Assembly: GCA_902510055.1 (NCBI GenBank)
Contig: CABWZY010000005.1
Span: 1 to 57,863 of the forward strand
Origin: an uncultured Candidatus Actinomarina sp.
Lineage (GTDB): Bacteria; Actinomycetota; Acidimicrobiia; Actinomarinales; Actinomarinaceae
Length of the DNA stretch: 57,863 nucleotides
Direction of reading: 5' to 3'
Position 1 is the first letter of the stretch; the number at the start of each line of letters is the position of its first letter. Made by a program: the position numbers and the translations under genes. Shown piece after piece: positions 38,217-48,370 of this stretch. The notes under the pieces were generated by a model. It was not told where the DNA came from. It did not search any database and saw only the letters and a program-made list of their open reading frames with translations.

Positions 38217-38543
38217 ATGAGTAAATATGCTGTTATAGAAGTTGGGGCTAAGCAAGAAAGAGTAGCTGAAGGCGATATTCTGGAAGTCCCAAAAAGTTTT
38301 TCATTAGATTCAATAAATCCTATCTTATTAAGTCCAAGGAAAGGCTCTATAGTAACTGATGAAAAAAGCTTATTAGAATGCTCTGTTAATTTAGAGTTAA
38401 TAGACGAAAAAAAATTAAAAAAATTAAACATATTTCAATATAAAAATAAGACTGGCAACAGAAGAAGAGTTGGATACAGGGATGAAGTAAAAGTTGTGAA
38501 AGTAAAATCAATATCAAATAAGACTTCAGGAGAGGAAGAATAA
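38217..38543 (+). CDS. rplU: 50S ribosomal protein L21
   Basis: YAVIE.G.KQ.RV..GD, YKNKTG..RR.G.R; precedes rpmA. Confidence 0.92.
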   Translation: MSKYAVIEVGAKQERVAEGDILEVPKSFSLDSINPILLSPRKGSIVTDEKSLLECSVNLELIDEKKLKKLNIFQYKNKTGNRRRVGYRDEVKVVKVKSISNKTSGEEE

Positions 38544-38546
38544 CTA

Positions 38547-38798
38547 ATGTCAAAAACTAAAGCTGGTGGTTCAACTAGAAACGGAAGAGATTCAGAATCC
38601 AAACGACTTGGTACAAAAGTTTTTGATGGTCAAGATATTTCAGCAGGTTCAATTGTTATTAGACAAAGAGGAACAAAGATTCATCCGGGTGAAAATGTTT
38701 CAAAAGGTGGGGATGATACATTATTTGCAAAAGTAGATGGAGTAGTCAAATATTCATCTAGGAATGGTAGAAAATTAGTAAATATCATTCCGAAATGA
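38547..38798 (+). CDS. rpmA: 50S ribosomal protein L27
   Basis: [33 protein letters not shown]. Confidence 0.97.
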   Translation: MSKTKAGGSTRNGRDSESKRLGTKVFDGQDISAGSIVIRQRGTKIHPGENVSKGGDDTLFAKVDGVVKYSSRNGRKLVNIIPK

Positions 38799-38799
38799 A

Positions 38800-39996
38800 A
38801 TGTTTGTTGACAATGTCGAGCTAAGCTTGCTTTCTGGAGCAGGTGGCTCAGGATCTATAAGTTTTAAATCTAAAGGAACCAAAAGCTCTCCCAATGGTGG
38901 CACTGGTGGAGAAGGCGGTTCTATCTATTTTAAATCCGATGATAGTATTTATGACTTTAGTTCAATTTATTCAACAAGTTCATTTAAAGCTGAAAATGGA
39001 GAAGATGCTGGAAAAGATCTTAAAGATGGAAAAAATGGAAATAATCTATTTATTAATGTTCCTTTAGGAACTTCTATATTAGTTAATAATGAAAAAGTAG
39101 CAGAGATACTTAAGAATGAGGTTACCTTTCTAATTTGTAAAGGAGGCAAGGGAGGAAGAGGGAACAAAGATTTAATTGCAAAAAGAAATCCGAACCCAAA
39201 AATTTCAGAATCAGGAGAAAAAAGAAAAAAAGTAAATGTAAGGCTTCAATTAAGCTTAATAACTGACATTGCAATTTTGGGACTTCCTAATTCTGGAAAG
39301 AGTACATTAATTAAGACAATAACTAACTCAAATGCTAAAACTGGAACATATCCATTCACAACTATTACTCCAAATTTAGGGGTTTATGAAGGTAAAGGAA
39401 AACCATTAGTAATTTGTGATTTGCCTGGATTAATAGAAGGAGCTTCTGAAGGTGTTGGTATGGGAGATTCAATTTTGAAACATTTAAAAAACTCAAAAGT
39501 TTTAATTTTATTATTAGATCCAAGTAATTCAGAATATAGCGTTGATGAGCAAGCTAAATTAATTGAAAAAGAAATGTATAAATATAATAATGATCTAAAA
39601 AAACTTCCAATTATAAAAGTTGTTAATAAATCAGATTTAGGTATTGAAAATAATGAATATCTGAATATATCAGCAATAAATAATAAAGGTATAAACAAAT
39701 TGATTGAAAGTATAGATAAATATGACTACAGCGAACTTGATACAATAAATAAAAGCTTTGAGAAGATAAGTTTAGAAGAGGATCTTTTTTCTATAGAAAA
39801 ACATGATGACAGCTGGGAAGTAACAGGAGACTTAGTCGACCGAATTACTAATTTAAATGGTAATGAGTACGATGTATTTAATGAAATTTCATATAGATTT
39901 GAAAAGTCAGAAATACCATCGCAACTTGAAGATATGGGAATTAAAAAAGGCGATTCAATAAAATTAAACAATTCTGAGTTTAAATATGAAAAGTAA
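38800..39996 (+). CDS. obgE: GTPase Obg/CgtA
   Basis: MFVD, Gly-rich Obg fold, GLPNSGKST, YPFTT..PNLG, DLPGLIEGA, NKSD. Confidence 0.95.
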   Translation: MFVDNVELSLLSGAGGSGSISFKSKGTKSSPNGGTGGEGGSIYFKSDDSIYDFSSIYSTSSFKAENGEDAGKDLKDGKNGNNLFINVPLGTSILVNNEKVAEILKNEVTFLICKGGKGGRGNKDLIAKRNPNPKISESGEKRKKVNVRLQLSLITDIAILGLPNSGKSTLIKTITNSNAKTGTYPFTTITPNLGVYEGKGKPLVICDLPGLIEGASEGVGMGDSILKHLKNSKVLILLLDPSNSEYSVDEQAKLIEKEMYKYNNDLKKLPIIKVVNKSDLGIENNEYLNISAINNKGINKLIESIDKYDYSELDTINKSFEKISLEEDLFSIEKHDDSWEVTGDLVDRITNLNGNEYDVFNEISYRFEKSEIPSQLEDMGIKKGDSIKLNNSEFKYEK

Positions 39997-41047
39997 AAAA
40001 AATATAGTTATAAAAATAGGAACAACTTCAATTATTAAAGATGGAGAGTTAAACCTAGGCTTAATGGACTCTCTTGCTTCCTCCATAAAAGAACAAAAAC
40101 AAAATGGATTTAATTTTGTTATCGTAACTTCAGGTGCTGTCCAATTAGGAGCGAATGAACTAAACCTTGACCAAAGACCTACTGAGTTAAAGTCTTTACA
40201 GGTAGCTTCTTCTGTTGGTCAAATTGCTTTAGTTAATTCTTTTAAAGAAGTATTTAAAACTAAAGATTTAAAAATAGGGCAGGTATTAATGTCTAAGAAT
40301 GTTCTTGAAGATCGAAATCAATTTGTAAACACATCTGAGGCTCTAAATGAATTAATAATACAAGACATTATTCCTGTAATAAATGAAAATGATATTGTTG
40401 CTACTGAAGAATTAAAATTTGGTGATAACGACAGACTTTCCGCAATAGTAGCAATTGTAGTGAAAGCAGAAAAATTAGTATTAATAACGAATCAGGAAGG
40501 GTTATTTGATTCTGATCCACAAAAATCAAAAACTGCAGAAAAAATAAATTATATTGAATACGATTCAGACGAATTAGCTGACTTGATACCAACATCATCA
40601 ACAGGAGAGGGTATGGGAGGATTCTCAACAAAAATTATGGCTTCACAAATGGCTGGATTTTCTGGAATTCCTACGCAAATTATAACCTGGTCAGATGATT
40701 GTATTAAGAAAGTAGTAAACAATGAAGATATTGGCACATTTGTTAAACCATCTTCTAAAAACGTAAAACTTAAAAAATTATGGATAGCATACGGAATGCC
40801 AATTGTAGGACGAATAAATATAGATGACGGTGCAAGGGATGCTTTAATTAAGGACGCTTCATTATTGTCTAGAGGAATTAATAAAGTTAATGTACCTTTT
40901 GAAAGTAATGAAGGAATTGAAATTTTTGATACTAGTAATTCATTAATTGGTAAGGGAATTTCTAAAATATCTAGTAAAGAGTTTAGCTTAGATAAAGATG
41001 CTGAAAATAAAGTAGTTATTCATAAAGATAATTTATTAATTTTATAA
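39986..41047 (+). CDS. proB: Glutamate 5-kinase
   Basis: IVIKIGT, VTSGAV, PVINEND....E.KFGDNDRLSA, C-terminal PUA. Confidence 0.95.
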   Translation: MKSKKNIVIKIGTTSIIKDGELNLGLMDSLASSIKEQKQNGFNFVIVTSGAVQLGANELNLDQRPTELKSLQVASSVGQIALVNSFKEVFKTKDLKIGQVLMSKNVLEDRNQFVNTSEALNELIIQDIIPVINENDIVATEELKFGDNDRLSAIVAIVVKAEKLVLITNQEGLFDSDPQKSKTAEKINYIEYDSDELADLIPTSSTGEGMGGFSTKIMASQMAGFSGIPTQIITWSDDCIKKVVNNEDIGTFVKPSSKNVKLKKLWIAYGMPIVGRINIDDGARDALIKDASLLSRGINKVNVPFESNEGIEIFDTSNSLIGKGISKISSKEFSLDKDAENKVVIHKDNLLIL

Positions 41048-41087
41048 AACATTTTAAATATTCTTGAAATCAAATTAATCTTGATAT

Positions 41088-42329
41088 GTGTTAAAAGAAA
41101 TAGGCGAAAAAGCAATAATTGCTTCAAAAGAAATAAATCAATTAGATACAGATAGAAAGAATCATCTTATTAATGATATGTCTGAGCAGCTTCTTGAAGA
41201 TTCTGATTTAATATTAAAAGCAAATAAAAAAGATCTTGATAATGCTAATGAACTAGACCTTTCACCATCTCTAGTTGATCGTTTAACTTTAACCAGGGAG
41301 AGAATTGAAGGTATGAGTAATGGTTTAAAAAAGATTATTCCACTTAAAGATCCTGTAGGTGAAGTAACGAAATCATGGACAACTGATGATGGACTTAATA
41401 TTAATAAAGTAAGGTCTCCTTTTGGAGTTATTGGAATAATCTATGAAGCAAGGCCTAATGTTACCAGTGATGTTTCAGCCCTTTGCATCAAGTCTGGTAA
41501 TGCAGTAATTTTAAAAGGCTCTAGTTATTGTTTAGATTCTAATTCTGAAATACTAAATTCTTTACAAAAAACATTAGAAAAAAATAAAATTAATAAAGAT
41601 GCTATCCAGCTTATTAAAAGTAAGGAAAGAGAAGATACTATAAAATTTATGAAACTGACTGAATACATTGATTTAATTGTTCCTAGAGGAGGCAAGGGTT
41701 TAATTAATACATTAGTAGATAATGCAAAGGTTCCATTTATTTTAGACGGAGATGGCAATGTGCATCTTTATGTACATGATGACGCAAATCCCAAATATAT
41801 AATCGATATAATTATTAACTCAAAAGTGCAAAGACCAGGAGTGTGTAATGCTCTTGAAACTTTGATATTAAATAAATCCATATATCAAAATATGGGTAAA
41901 GAAATCATAAATGAACTACTTAAAAATGATGTTGAGCTTTTTGTAGATGAAATAATAACCACTGAATTCCCAGATCTAGAAATAGCTAACGATGATCATT
42001 ATATGACCGAATTCCATGATTTAAAGTTAGCAATTAAAATTGTTGATGACTTGGATGAAGCAATACAGCACATAGAAAAATATTCCTCAGGCCATACTGA
42101 AGCAATAATTTCTGAATCTAACGAGGTAGCAAATATATTTTCTAAATCTATAGATTCCTCAGTTATTTTTATTAATGCTTCTACAAGGTTTACAGACGGT
42201 GAAATGTTTGGTTTTGGTGCCGAAGTGGGAATTAGCACTCAGAAATTGCACGCTAGAGGTCCAATGGGATTAGAATCTTTAACAAACGAAAGATATGTTG
42301 TTGAAGGGTCAGGAACAGTAAGAAAATGA
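41088..42329 (+). CDS. proA: Gamma-glutamyl phosphate reductase
   Basis: IYEARPNVT, RPGVCNALET, NASTRFTDG..FG.GAEVGISTQKLHARGPMGL. Confidence 0.96.
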   Translation: MLKEIGEKAIIASKEINQLDTDRKNHLINDMSEQLLEDSDLILKANKKDLDNANELDLSPSLVDRLTLTRERIEGMSNGLKKIIPLKDPVGEVTKSWTTDDGLNINKVRSPFGVIGIIYEARPNVTSDVSALCIKSGNAVILKGSSYCLDSNSEILNSLQKTLEKNKINKDAIQLIKSKEREDTIKFMKLTEYIDLIVPRGGKGLINTLVDNAKVPFILDGDGNVHLYVHDDANPKYIIDIIINSKVQRPGVCNALETLILNKSIYQNMGKEIINELLKNDVELFVDEIITTEFPDLEIANDDHYMTEFHDLKLAIKIVDDLDEAIQHIEKYSSGHTEAIISESNEVANIFSKSIDSSVIFINASTRFTDGEMFGFGAEVGISTQKLHARGPMGLESLTNERYVVEGSGTVRK

Positions 42330-43159
42330 AAATTAATGATCTAACTATAGACGGATTAGAGCAAGAAAACTATTTTGCAACTCAGGAACTTATTGATGTT
42401 GTTAACGCTGCAATATTTTTAGACAAGCCTTTATTGATTGAAGGTCCGGCGGGTACAGGAAAAACTTTTTTGGCTAAAACACTTTCTGCATTACTCAATT
42501 TAGAGCTTATAAGACTTCAATGTCATGAAGGAATTGATGAAGATAAATCGGTTTATGAATGGAATTACAAAAAGCAACTTTTATCAATACAAAAAAGTGA
42601 AGAAAATGAAAATCTTTTTGATGAAAAGTACTTAATTAAAAGACCTATTTTGACTGCTTTAACTACTGAAGAAAACTCACTTTTTTTAATCGATGAAATT
42701 GATAGATCAGATGAAGAGTTCGAAGCTTTACTATTGGAAGTTCTTGCTGAAAATCAAGTTACAATTCCAGAGTTTGGAACAATAAAAGGTAGTGAAAATA
42801 GAATTACAATTCTCACCTCTAATAGCACGAGGGAGTTGTCAGATGCTCTTAGAAGGAGATGTATATATTATTATCTAGATTTTCCGTCTATTGAAATTGA
42901 AACTAAAGTTTTCATGAACAGTATTGAAGATATAGATGAAAATGAAGCCAGAAAATATGCCTCTCTTGTATCGTTTATTAGAAGCTTAAGTCTTAATAAA
43001 ATTCCTTCTTTAATTGAGTCTGTTGAGTGGGTTAAATATAATAACTCAAAAGATCAAGAATCAGTTAGATCTAATCTAGGTATATTATTAAAAGATAAGT
43101 CCGATCAAAAGAAATATGTAGAAAAACTAGAAGAGTCTAATGAGTTTAACCAAGAATGA
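42326..43159 (+). CDS. MoxR-family AAA+ ATPase (CoxD-like)
   Basis: LLIEGPAGTGKT, RLQCHEG.D....YEWNY.KQLL, LIDEIDRSDEEFEA, LSDALRRRC. Confidence 0.9.
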   Translation: MKINDLTIDGLEQENYFATQELIDVVNAAIFLDKPLLIEGPAGTGKTFLAKTLSALLNLELIRLQCHEGIDEDKSVYEWNYKKQLLSIQKSEENENLFDEKYLIKRPILTALTTEENSLFLIDEIDRSDEEFEALLLEVLAENQVTIPEFGTIKGSENRITILTSNSTRELSDALRRRCIYYYLDFPSIEIETKVFMNSIEDIDENEARKYASLVSFIRSLSLNKIPSLIESVEWVKYNNSKDQESVRSNLGILLKDKSDQKKYVEKLEESNEFNQE

Positions 43160-44507
43160 AATTTTAAATTTTTCTGAGTTTTGTAAAAATAACAATTATT
43201 TTATTCCAACTGACCAACTTAAAGTATTTTTCGAATATAAGAATCTCAAAAATTTAAAAAATTTAGAAAAAGAACTTCTTTATTTATATTTTTTAATTCC
43301 TAAAAATAGAGAGGATCAGATTCATCTTAAAAATTTAATTAATAGATATTTTAATCATTCAATTGAAAATAATGACTCAACAAGTTATTCGTTATTGAGT
43401 GAATATTCTAATGACGATAGTGACCTACATAAGATTATCTCAGATTTAAATGCTGGAAATTATGAAAATTTTGATACCCTTGTAAAAAGTGTAATTGAAA
43501 ATTTTGGTGATATAGATTTTTCAAGACCAGTATCAAATGATTATTGGTTAAATCAAATAAAAAAAAGTTTTAAATATCAAGAAACTATGATGTTATTTTC
43601 TAATTATGAATTCGATGAAGTTTCATCTATTACTAATTTAATAAATAAAAATAAATTTAATGATTTATTAGATATGAAGATACTAGAAATCTTGAGTGAG
43701 GAAAGAAATAAAGCAAAAGATTCATATCAACCATCAGAACTTGAACCAAAAACACAATTAGGGGAATTAGATTTCCTTTATACAGATCCAAATGAAAGAA
43801 GGATTCTATTAGAACAAACTTATAAGTTAGGTAATAAATTAGCTATAAAATTTAAAAGGCACATAAAACAAGCTAGTAAGGGAAAATTGCATTTTAGAAA
43901 AACAATTAGAAAGTCTATGCAAACAGGTGGAATCTTCCAAAAAATAATAATGAGACCAAAATTATTACGAAAACCCAATCTAGTTATTGCTTGTGATATA
44001 AGTGGTTCAATGGCTTTGTATTCACTTTTTGGCATAACGCTATTGTTTGGGATGGTAAGTAGATTTAGCTCAATCAAAGCTTTTGTATTTATAGATGGTT
44101 TAACAGATGTAACAAAAACATTGAAAAAATTAAAAAAGAATGAAATTGATTCTGTTTTACATAATTGGAACAGTTATGTAAAAAGTGATGGACATTCTGA
44201 TTATGAAAAATCATTTCAAGATTTAATAGATCAAAATAAAAAGCTAAATTCTACAACGAAGAGTCTTATTGTTATAGGGGATGGAAGAAATAATTATAGA
44301 AATATATCTGAAGAACTTATTAATAATTTATACAATCAATTTGAAAAAATTTATTGGATGAATCCTGAAAAGAAAAAGTACTGGAATACAGGAGACAGTC
44401 AAATAAAAAAGTTTGAAAGAATAACTAAAACAACTTCTGAAGTTCGAAATTATAATCAGTTACGTGATTTTGTGAACAATATAGATTTTAAAAAGATGCT
44501 GAAATGA
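43140..44507 (+). CDS. VWA-domain protein (CoxE-like)
   Basis: RKTIRKS, CDISGSM (MIDAS), IGDGRNNY, YWMNPE....W.TGDS. Confidence 0.85.
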   Translation: MSLTKNEILNFSEFCKNNNYFIPTDQLKVFFEYKNLKNLKNLEKELLYLYFLIPKNREDQIHLKNLINRYFNHSIENNDSTSYSLLSEYSNDDSDLHKIISDLNAGNYENFDTLVKSVIENFGDIDFSRPVSNDYWLNQIKKSFKYQETMMLFSNYEFDEVSSITNLINKNKFNDLLDMKILEILSEERNKAKDSYQPSELEPKTQLGELDFLYTDPNERRILLEQTYKLGNKLAIKFKRHIKQASKGKLHFRKTIRKSMQTGGIFQKIIMRPKLLRKPNLVIACDISGSMALYSLFGITLLFGMVSRFSSIKAFVFIDGLTDVTKTLKKLKKNEIDSVLHNWNSYVKSDGHSDYEKSFQDLIDQNKKLNSTTKSLIVIGDGRNNYRNISEELINNLYNQFEKIYWMNPEKKKYWNTGDSQIKKFERITKTTSEVRNYNQLRDFVNNIDFKKMLK

Positions 44508-45070
44508 AAATAACAGGAATTTTAGGAGGAACTTTTGATCCTCCACATAATGCACATTACGAGATAGCTCAAAGAGCTATTAATCAATATAATTTAGATA
44601 GAGTAATTTTTATACCGACAGGTAGTCCTTGGCAAAAAGATATAGAAACTTCATATGATGATAGGTACATAATGACAAACTTACTGATTAACAGCAACCC
44701 CTTATTTGAAATAAGTGACATTGAAAAATCTGTAAATGAACCTTCCTATACTGTTGAGACTCTAAAAAAACTAAATATAGAAAAAGAACATATGTTTTTC
44801 ATACTTGGTGCTGATGTTGCTATTTCTATAGACACCTGGAAAGATTATAAAGATTTAGATTTATTAACTAACTTTCTCATTGCGCCAAGAGAAGAAATAA
44901 CTAAAGAAAAATTAGTAAGCGAATTTCCATTTGAGTTTAACTTAATTGAAGGTGATGAATTAGATATAAGTTCTACTGGAATTAGAAATAAAATAATAAG
45001 TGAAGAAAGCATTGAAGGCAAAATTCCTGCAAAGGTTCAAAATTATATTAAAGAAAATGAGTTATATTAA
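44504..45070 (+). CDS. nadD: Nicotinate-nucleotide adenylyltransferase
   Basis: GGTFDPPHNAH, SYTVETL, FILGAD, ISSTGIR. Confidence 0.95.
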   Translation: MKITGILGGTFDPPHNAHYEIAQRAINQYNLDRVIFIPTGSPWQKDIETSYDDRYIMTNLLINSNPLFEISDIEKSVNEPSYTVETLKKLNIEKEHMFFILGADVAISIDTWKDYKDLDLLTNFLIAPREEITKEKLVSEFPFEFNLIEGDELDISSTGIRNKIISEESIEGKIPAKVQNYIKENELY

Positions 45071-46518
45071 GATTTCCAAGTTTTCTTATAAAAAAGTATT
45101 GCAATAGGGAATATTTCTAATCTTCCAACAATCATTAAAAATGATAAGATCATTTTTGAGTAGCTATCAAGAAATGCATAGTTATTTACTGGTCCAACTT
45201 CTTTTAAACCAGGTCCAATATTATTCATTGCTGATGCTACAGCACTTAAAACACCCTCAAAAGAAAGGTTTAATCCAGACATATTTGTACTTATACTTAA
45301 AGCAAAACTTCCTAACACAAATATTGAAACATATAAAATAAAGAATGTTTGCACAGATTCAATCATTTTTTCGGGTAAGACTGATTTTGACATCCTAATT
45401 TTAAATATTGCATTGGGGTAAATGATTTTTCTTATCTCGTTTCTTACAGATTTAAGCAAGGCTATAACCCTTATTGTTTTGATTCCTCCAGCTGTTGAGC
45501 CTGCCATTCCACCTAAAAACATAAGTCCGAGTATAAAAATTCTAAAGTCTACATGCCAAAGCTGATAATCAACATTTGTATAACCAGTAGTTGTTATTAA
45601 TGTTAACGCTGTAAAAAATGCTGTATTTATCGCTTCATTGAACGTATCGCTTATAGATAAGCTTTTTGGAATAAAAATAACTGCTGTTGTAATCACTATA
45701 AAAAGATAAAATTTAAATTCTGTACTCTCAAGCAATGCTTTAATTGTTCTAAAACTTTTTAATAACAAGGTGAAAGAGACTCCAGCAATAAACATAAATA
45801 TAATGATTATCCACTTAGCTAGAATAGAAAATTCAGAAACAGAAGAATTTAATGTACTAAAGCCGCCTGTCGAAAGGGTTGTAAATGAATGATTTAAAGC
45901 TGTAAATAAATCTAATCCCGAAAAATACAGAAGTAATGTTTCTATCAAAGTTAGACCAGCGTAAGCCAACCAAAGTAATTTAGCTGTATCTTTAAATTTT
46001 GGAGTTAATCTATCCGTAGTTGGTCCAGGAGATTCGGCTTTGAATAGATTAATGCCGCCAGAACCTAATAAAGGCAAAACAGATATAGTTAGAACAACAA
46101 TTCCCATTCCTCCTAACCACTGAGTAATTGATCTCCATAGCAGTAGGGCTGGATTAACAGATTCTATATCAGTCAAAATAGAAGCTCCAGTAGTTGTAAA
46201 GCCTGAAATTGTTTCAAAAAGTATATCAATGAAGCTTAAATTGCTATTTGAAAAAACATATGGCAGCGTTCCAAATAATGAAATAAATATCCATGAAATA
46301 CCAACAGCTGCAAATCCTTGGATTGTTGTTAGTTGTTTTGAAGGGATGATTTTTTTCCTAACAATAAAAGTGACTAATAAAGTAATTAATAGTAATGATA
46401 AGAGTGAAATAGCAAATCTGTAATCCTCTAGATAAAAAGCATATAAAATAGAGGGTATAAGAGCAATACCTAAAACAGGGTATATCGCCGAATTAATGAA
46501 TGCAATAATTTTAAACAT
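45067..46518 (-). CDS. trkH: Trk potassium uptake permease TrkH
   Basis: FETISGFTTTGAS, QWLGGMGI, TLSTGGFS, GSTAGGIK, NNIGPG, GRLE. Confidence 0.93.
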   Translation of the reverse strand: MFKIIAFINSAIYPVLGIALIPSILYAFYLEDYRFAISLLSLLLITLLVTFIVRKKIIPSKQLTTIQGFAAVGISWIFISLFGTLPYVFSNSNLSFIDILFETISGFTTTGASILTDIESVNPALLLWRSITQWLGGMGIVVLTISVLPLLGSGGINLFKAESPGPTTDRLTPKFKDTAKLLWLAYAGLTLIETLLLYFSGLDLFTALNHSFTTLSTGGFSTLNSSVSEFSILAKWIIIIFMFIAGVSFTLLLKSFRTIKALLESTEFKFYLFIVITTAVIFIPKSLSISDTFNEAINTAFFTALTLITTTGYTNVDYQLWHVDFRIFILGLMFLGGMAGSTAGGIKTIRVIALLKSVRNEIRKIIYPNAIFKIRMSKSVLPEKMIESVQTFFILYVSIFVLGSFALSISTNMSGLNLSFEGVLSAVASAMNNIGPGLKEVGPVNNYAFLDSYSKMILSFLMIVGRLEIFPIAILFYKKTWKS

Positions 46519-46524
46519 TGTATT

Positions 46525-47868
46525 TTAGCAAAAAAGAGTTTCGACTTGCTCTATAGAATTTGGATGGGTAAATACTACTAGCTTATCTTTAGCAGCAAAT
46601 TTCCAAGTACCAGAAGGAATAAATGTATTTTCTCTCCTTGTAACACCAGCGATTAAACAATTATCAGGAAGGTCAATTTCTGCAATAGTTTTGTCTATTA
46701 CTGGACAATCATTACTTAATAATATTTCAAGAGCTTCTATATCAGTATCTTCAAATAATATGTCTAACGTTACTTGACTTGAACGTACATCTTGCAATAT
46801 AGAATTAGCTGCAGCAATTCTTGTTGAAATTGTTGCTTGAATAGATGTTTCTTTTAATAGTTCAATGTAATCTATCTTATTTACTCTTGTGATTATCTCA
46901 GTTGCACCTAAAGCTTTCCCAACGAGAGAGCAAACTATATTTTTTGAGTCATCTTTACTTAGTGCAACGATTGCTGATTCTTCATCAATGCCTATATCAG
47001 TTAAATTATTTGGCACTTTTGGATCATTACAAACAACAATAATATTTGAATTATTTTCAGCAATTCTATTACAGTCAGTCTCTATATCATCAATAACAAT
47101 AACTTCATATTCTTTGTGTAGTCGTTTTGCTAAAAGTTCAGAAGCTCTAGATGCACCTACAATTACAACTTTTTTAATTCTATTTTTTTCCTTAATGCCA
47201 AGTAATGAAAGAGCAGTTTGTATATCATTATTCTTTACAATTATTTTTACATGATCTTCTTCTTGAAGAAGTGTATTACCATTTGCAATAAGTGATTCTT
47301 TTTCTCTGACATAAGCGGTAACAAGCCAATTCTCTCTTCCACCAAATTCATGTATATCCGTTAACTTCTTTCCAAGTAATGGAGAATCTTTTGAAAGTAC
47401 GCCGCCAATAGATAACAACTCACCATTGCCAAATTCATAAATATCATAGATACCTGCTCGAGAGAGAAGTTTTTCAATCTCATCACAAGCTTTATCAGAA
47501 GGGTCTATTATTTGATCAATTTTTAATTCTTCCAGCTCATTTTTCATTGAACCATCCTGGACTCTAGCAAATGATTTTTTTGTACCCATATTTTTTGCAA
47601 TATAACAAGAAAGCATATTTACATTTTCATTGTCTGTTACTGCAATAATTAAATCAGTATCTTCAGCACCAGCCTCAATAAGAGAAGAAGGGCTTCCTCC
47701 ATTTCCCTGTATAACTAAAGCATCTAAAGAGGAGTTGAGTTCTTCAACTTTACTTTGGTTTTCTTCGATTAAAGTAACATCATGCTGTTCGCTAGAAAGC
47801 TTATTAGCTAAGAAGTTTCCTACTTCACCAGCTCCGACGATTATTATTTTTTTCAAATCTATCCTCAT
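46525..47868 (-). CDS. trkA: Trk potassium uptake regulatory subunit TrkA (long, two-module type)
   Basis: IIIVGAGEVG..LA..L..E.HDVT; second Rossmann VVIVGA; start ambiguous (47856/47868/47886). Confidence 0.92.
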   Translation of the reverse strand: MRIDLKKIIIVGAGEVGNFLANKLSSEQHDVTLIEENQSKVEELNSSLDALVIQGNGGSPSSLIEAGAEDTDLIIAVTDNENVNMLSCYIAKNMGTKKSFARVQDGSMKNELEELKIDQIIDPSDKACDEIEKLLSRAGIYDIYEFGNGELLSIGGVLSKDSPLLGKKLTDIHEFGGRENWLVTAYVREKESLIANGNTLLQEEDHVKIIVKNNDIQTALSLLGIKEKNRIKKVVIVGASRASELLAKRLHKEYEVIVIDDIETDCNRIAENNSNIIVVCNDPKVPNNLTDIGIDEESAIVALSKDDSKNIVCSLVGKALGATEIITRVNKIDYIELLKETSIQATISTRIAAANSILQDVRSSQVTLDILFEDTDIEALEILLSNDCPVIDKTIAEIDLPDNCLIAGVTRRENTFIPSGTWKFAAKDKLVVFTHPNSIEQVETLFC

Positions 47869-47915
47869 AATTAAGAATAGTGTCATTATTTTTTACATGG
47901 TAAGATATTTATTAA

Positions 47916-48275
47916 GTGTCGAAAGAAAAGAAAAATATAAGTAAAAACAACTTTTTTCTCGATAGTATTATTGATGTTCTTTTAATCCAAAAATGTACAG
48001 ATATTAAAGTTTTTGATCTTAAAGATAATAACTATACGGATATAGCTATATTATGCAATTCTAATTCAAAAGCTCAAATGAATGCATCAGTTAAAAAATT
48101 ACATTTAATTGCAAAAGAAAACAATAAAGAATTTAACTCAGAAGGATTAAATTCAACCTGGGTACTAATTGAGTTTGGTAGTGCAACAGTACATTTTTTT
48201 ACTGAAGAAGCAAGAGAATACTATAATTTGGAAGATTTGTATTTTGATAGCAATCTAGTAGATCAATATGCCTAG
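47916..48275 (+). CDS. rsfS: Ribosomal silencing factor RsfS (Iojap)
   Basis: DIKVFDL, EG....WVLIEFG...VH.F..EAREYYNLE.L. Confidence 0.9.
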   Translation: MSKEKKNISKNNFFLDSIIDVLLIQKCTDIKVFDLKDNNYTDIAILCNSNSKAQMNASVKKLHLIAKENNKEFNSEGLNSTWVLIEFGSATVHFFTEEAREYYNLEDLYFDSNLVDQYA

Positions 48276-48288
48276 TCTTTATAATTAT

Positions 48289-48361
48289 GGGGCTGTAGCT
48301 CAGTTGGTAGAGCACGTGCATGGCATGCACGGGGTCAGGGGTTCAAATCCCCTCAGCTCCA
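48289..48361 (+). tRNA. tRNA-Ala(GGC)
   Basis: GGGGCTGTAGCTCAGTTGGTAGAGCACGTGCATGGCATGCACG...GGTTCAAATCCCCTCAGCTCCA. Confidence 0.95.
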
Positions 48362-48370
48362 CAGAAACTG

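Noticed and set aside
48320-48370. N-terminal extension of the flippase (MACTGSGVQIPSAP)
   Set aside because: This is tRNA-Ala sequence read as codons.
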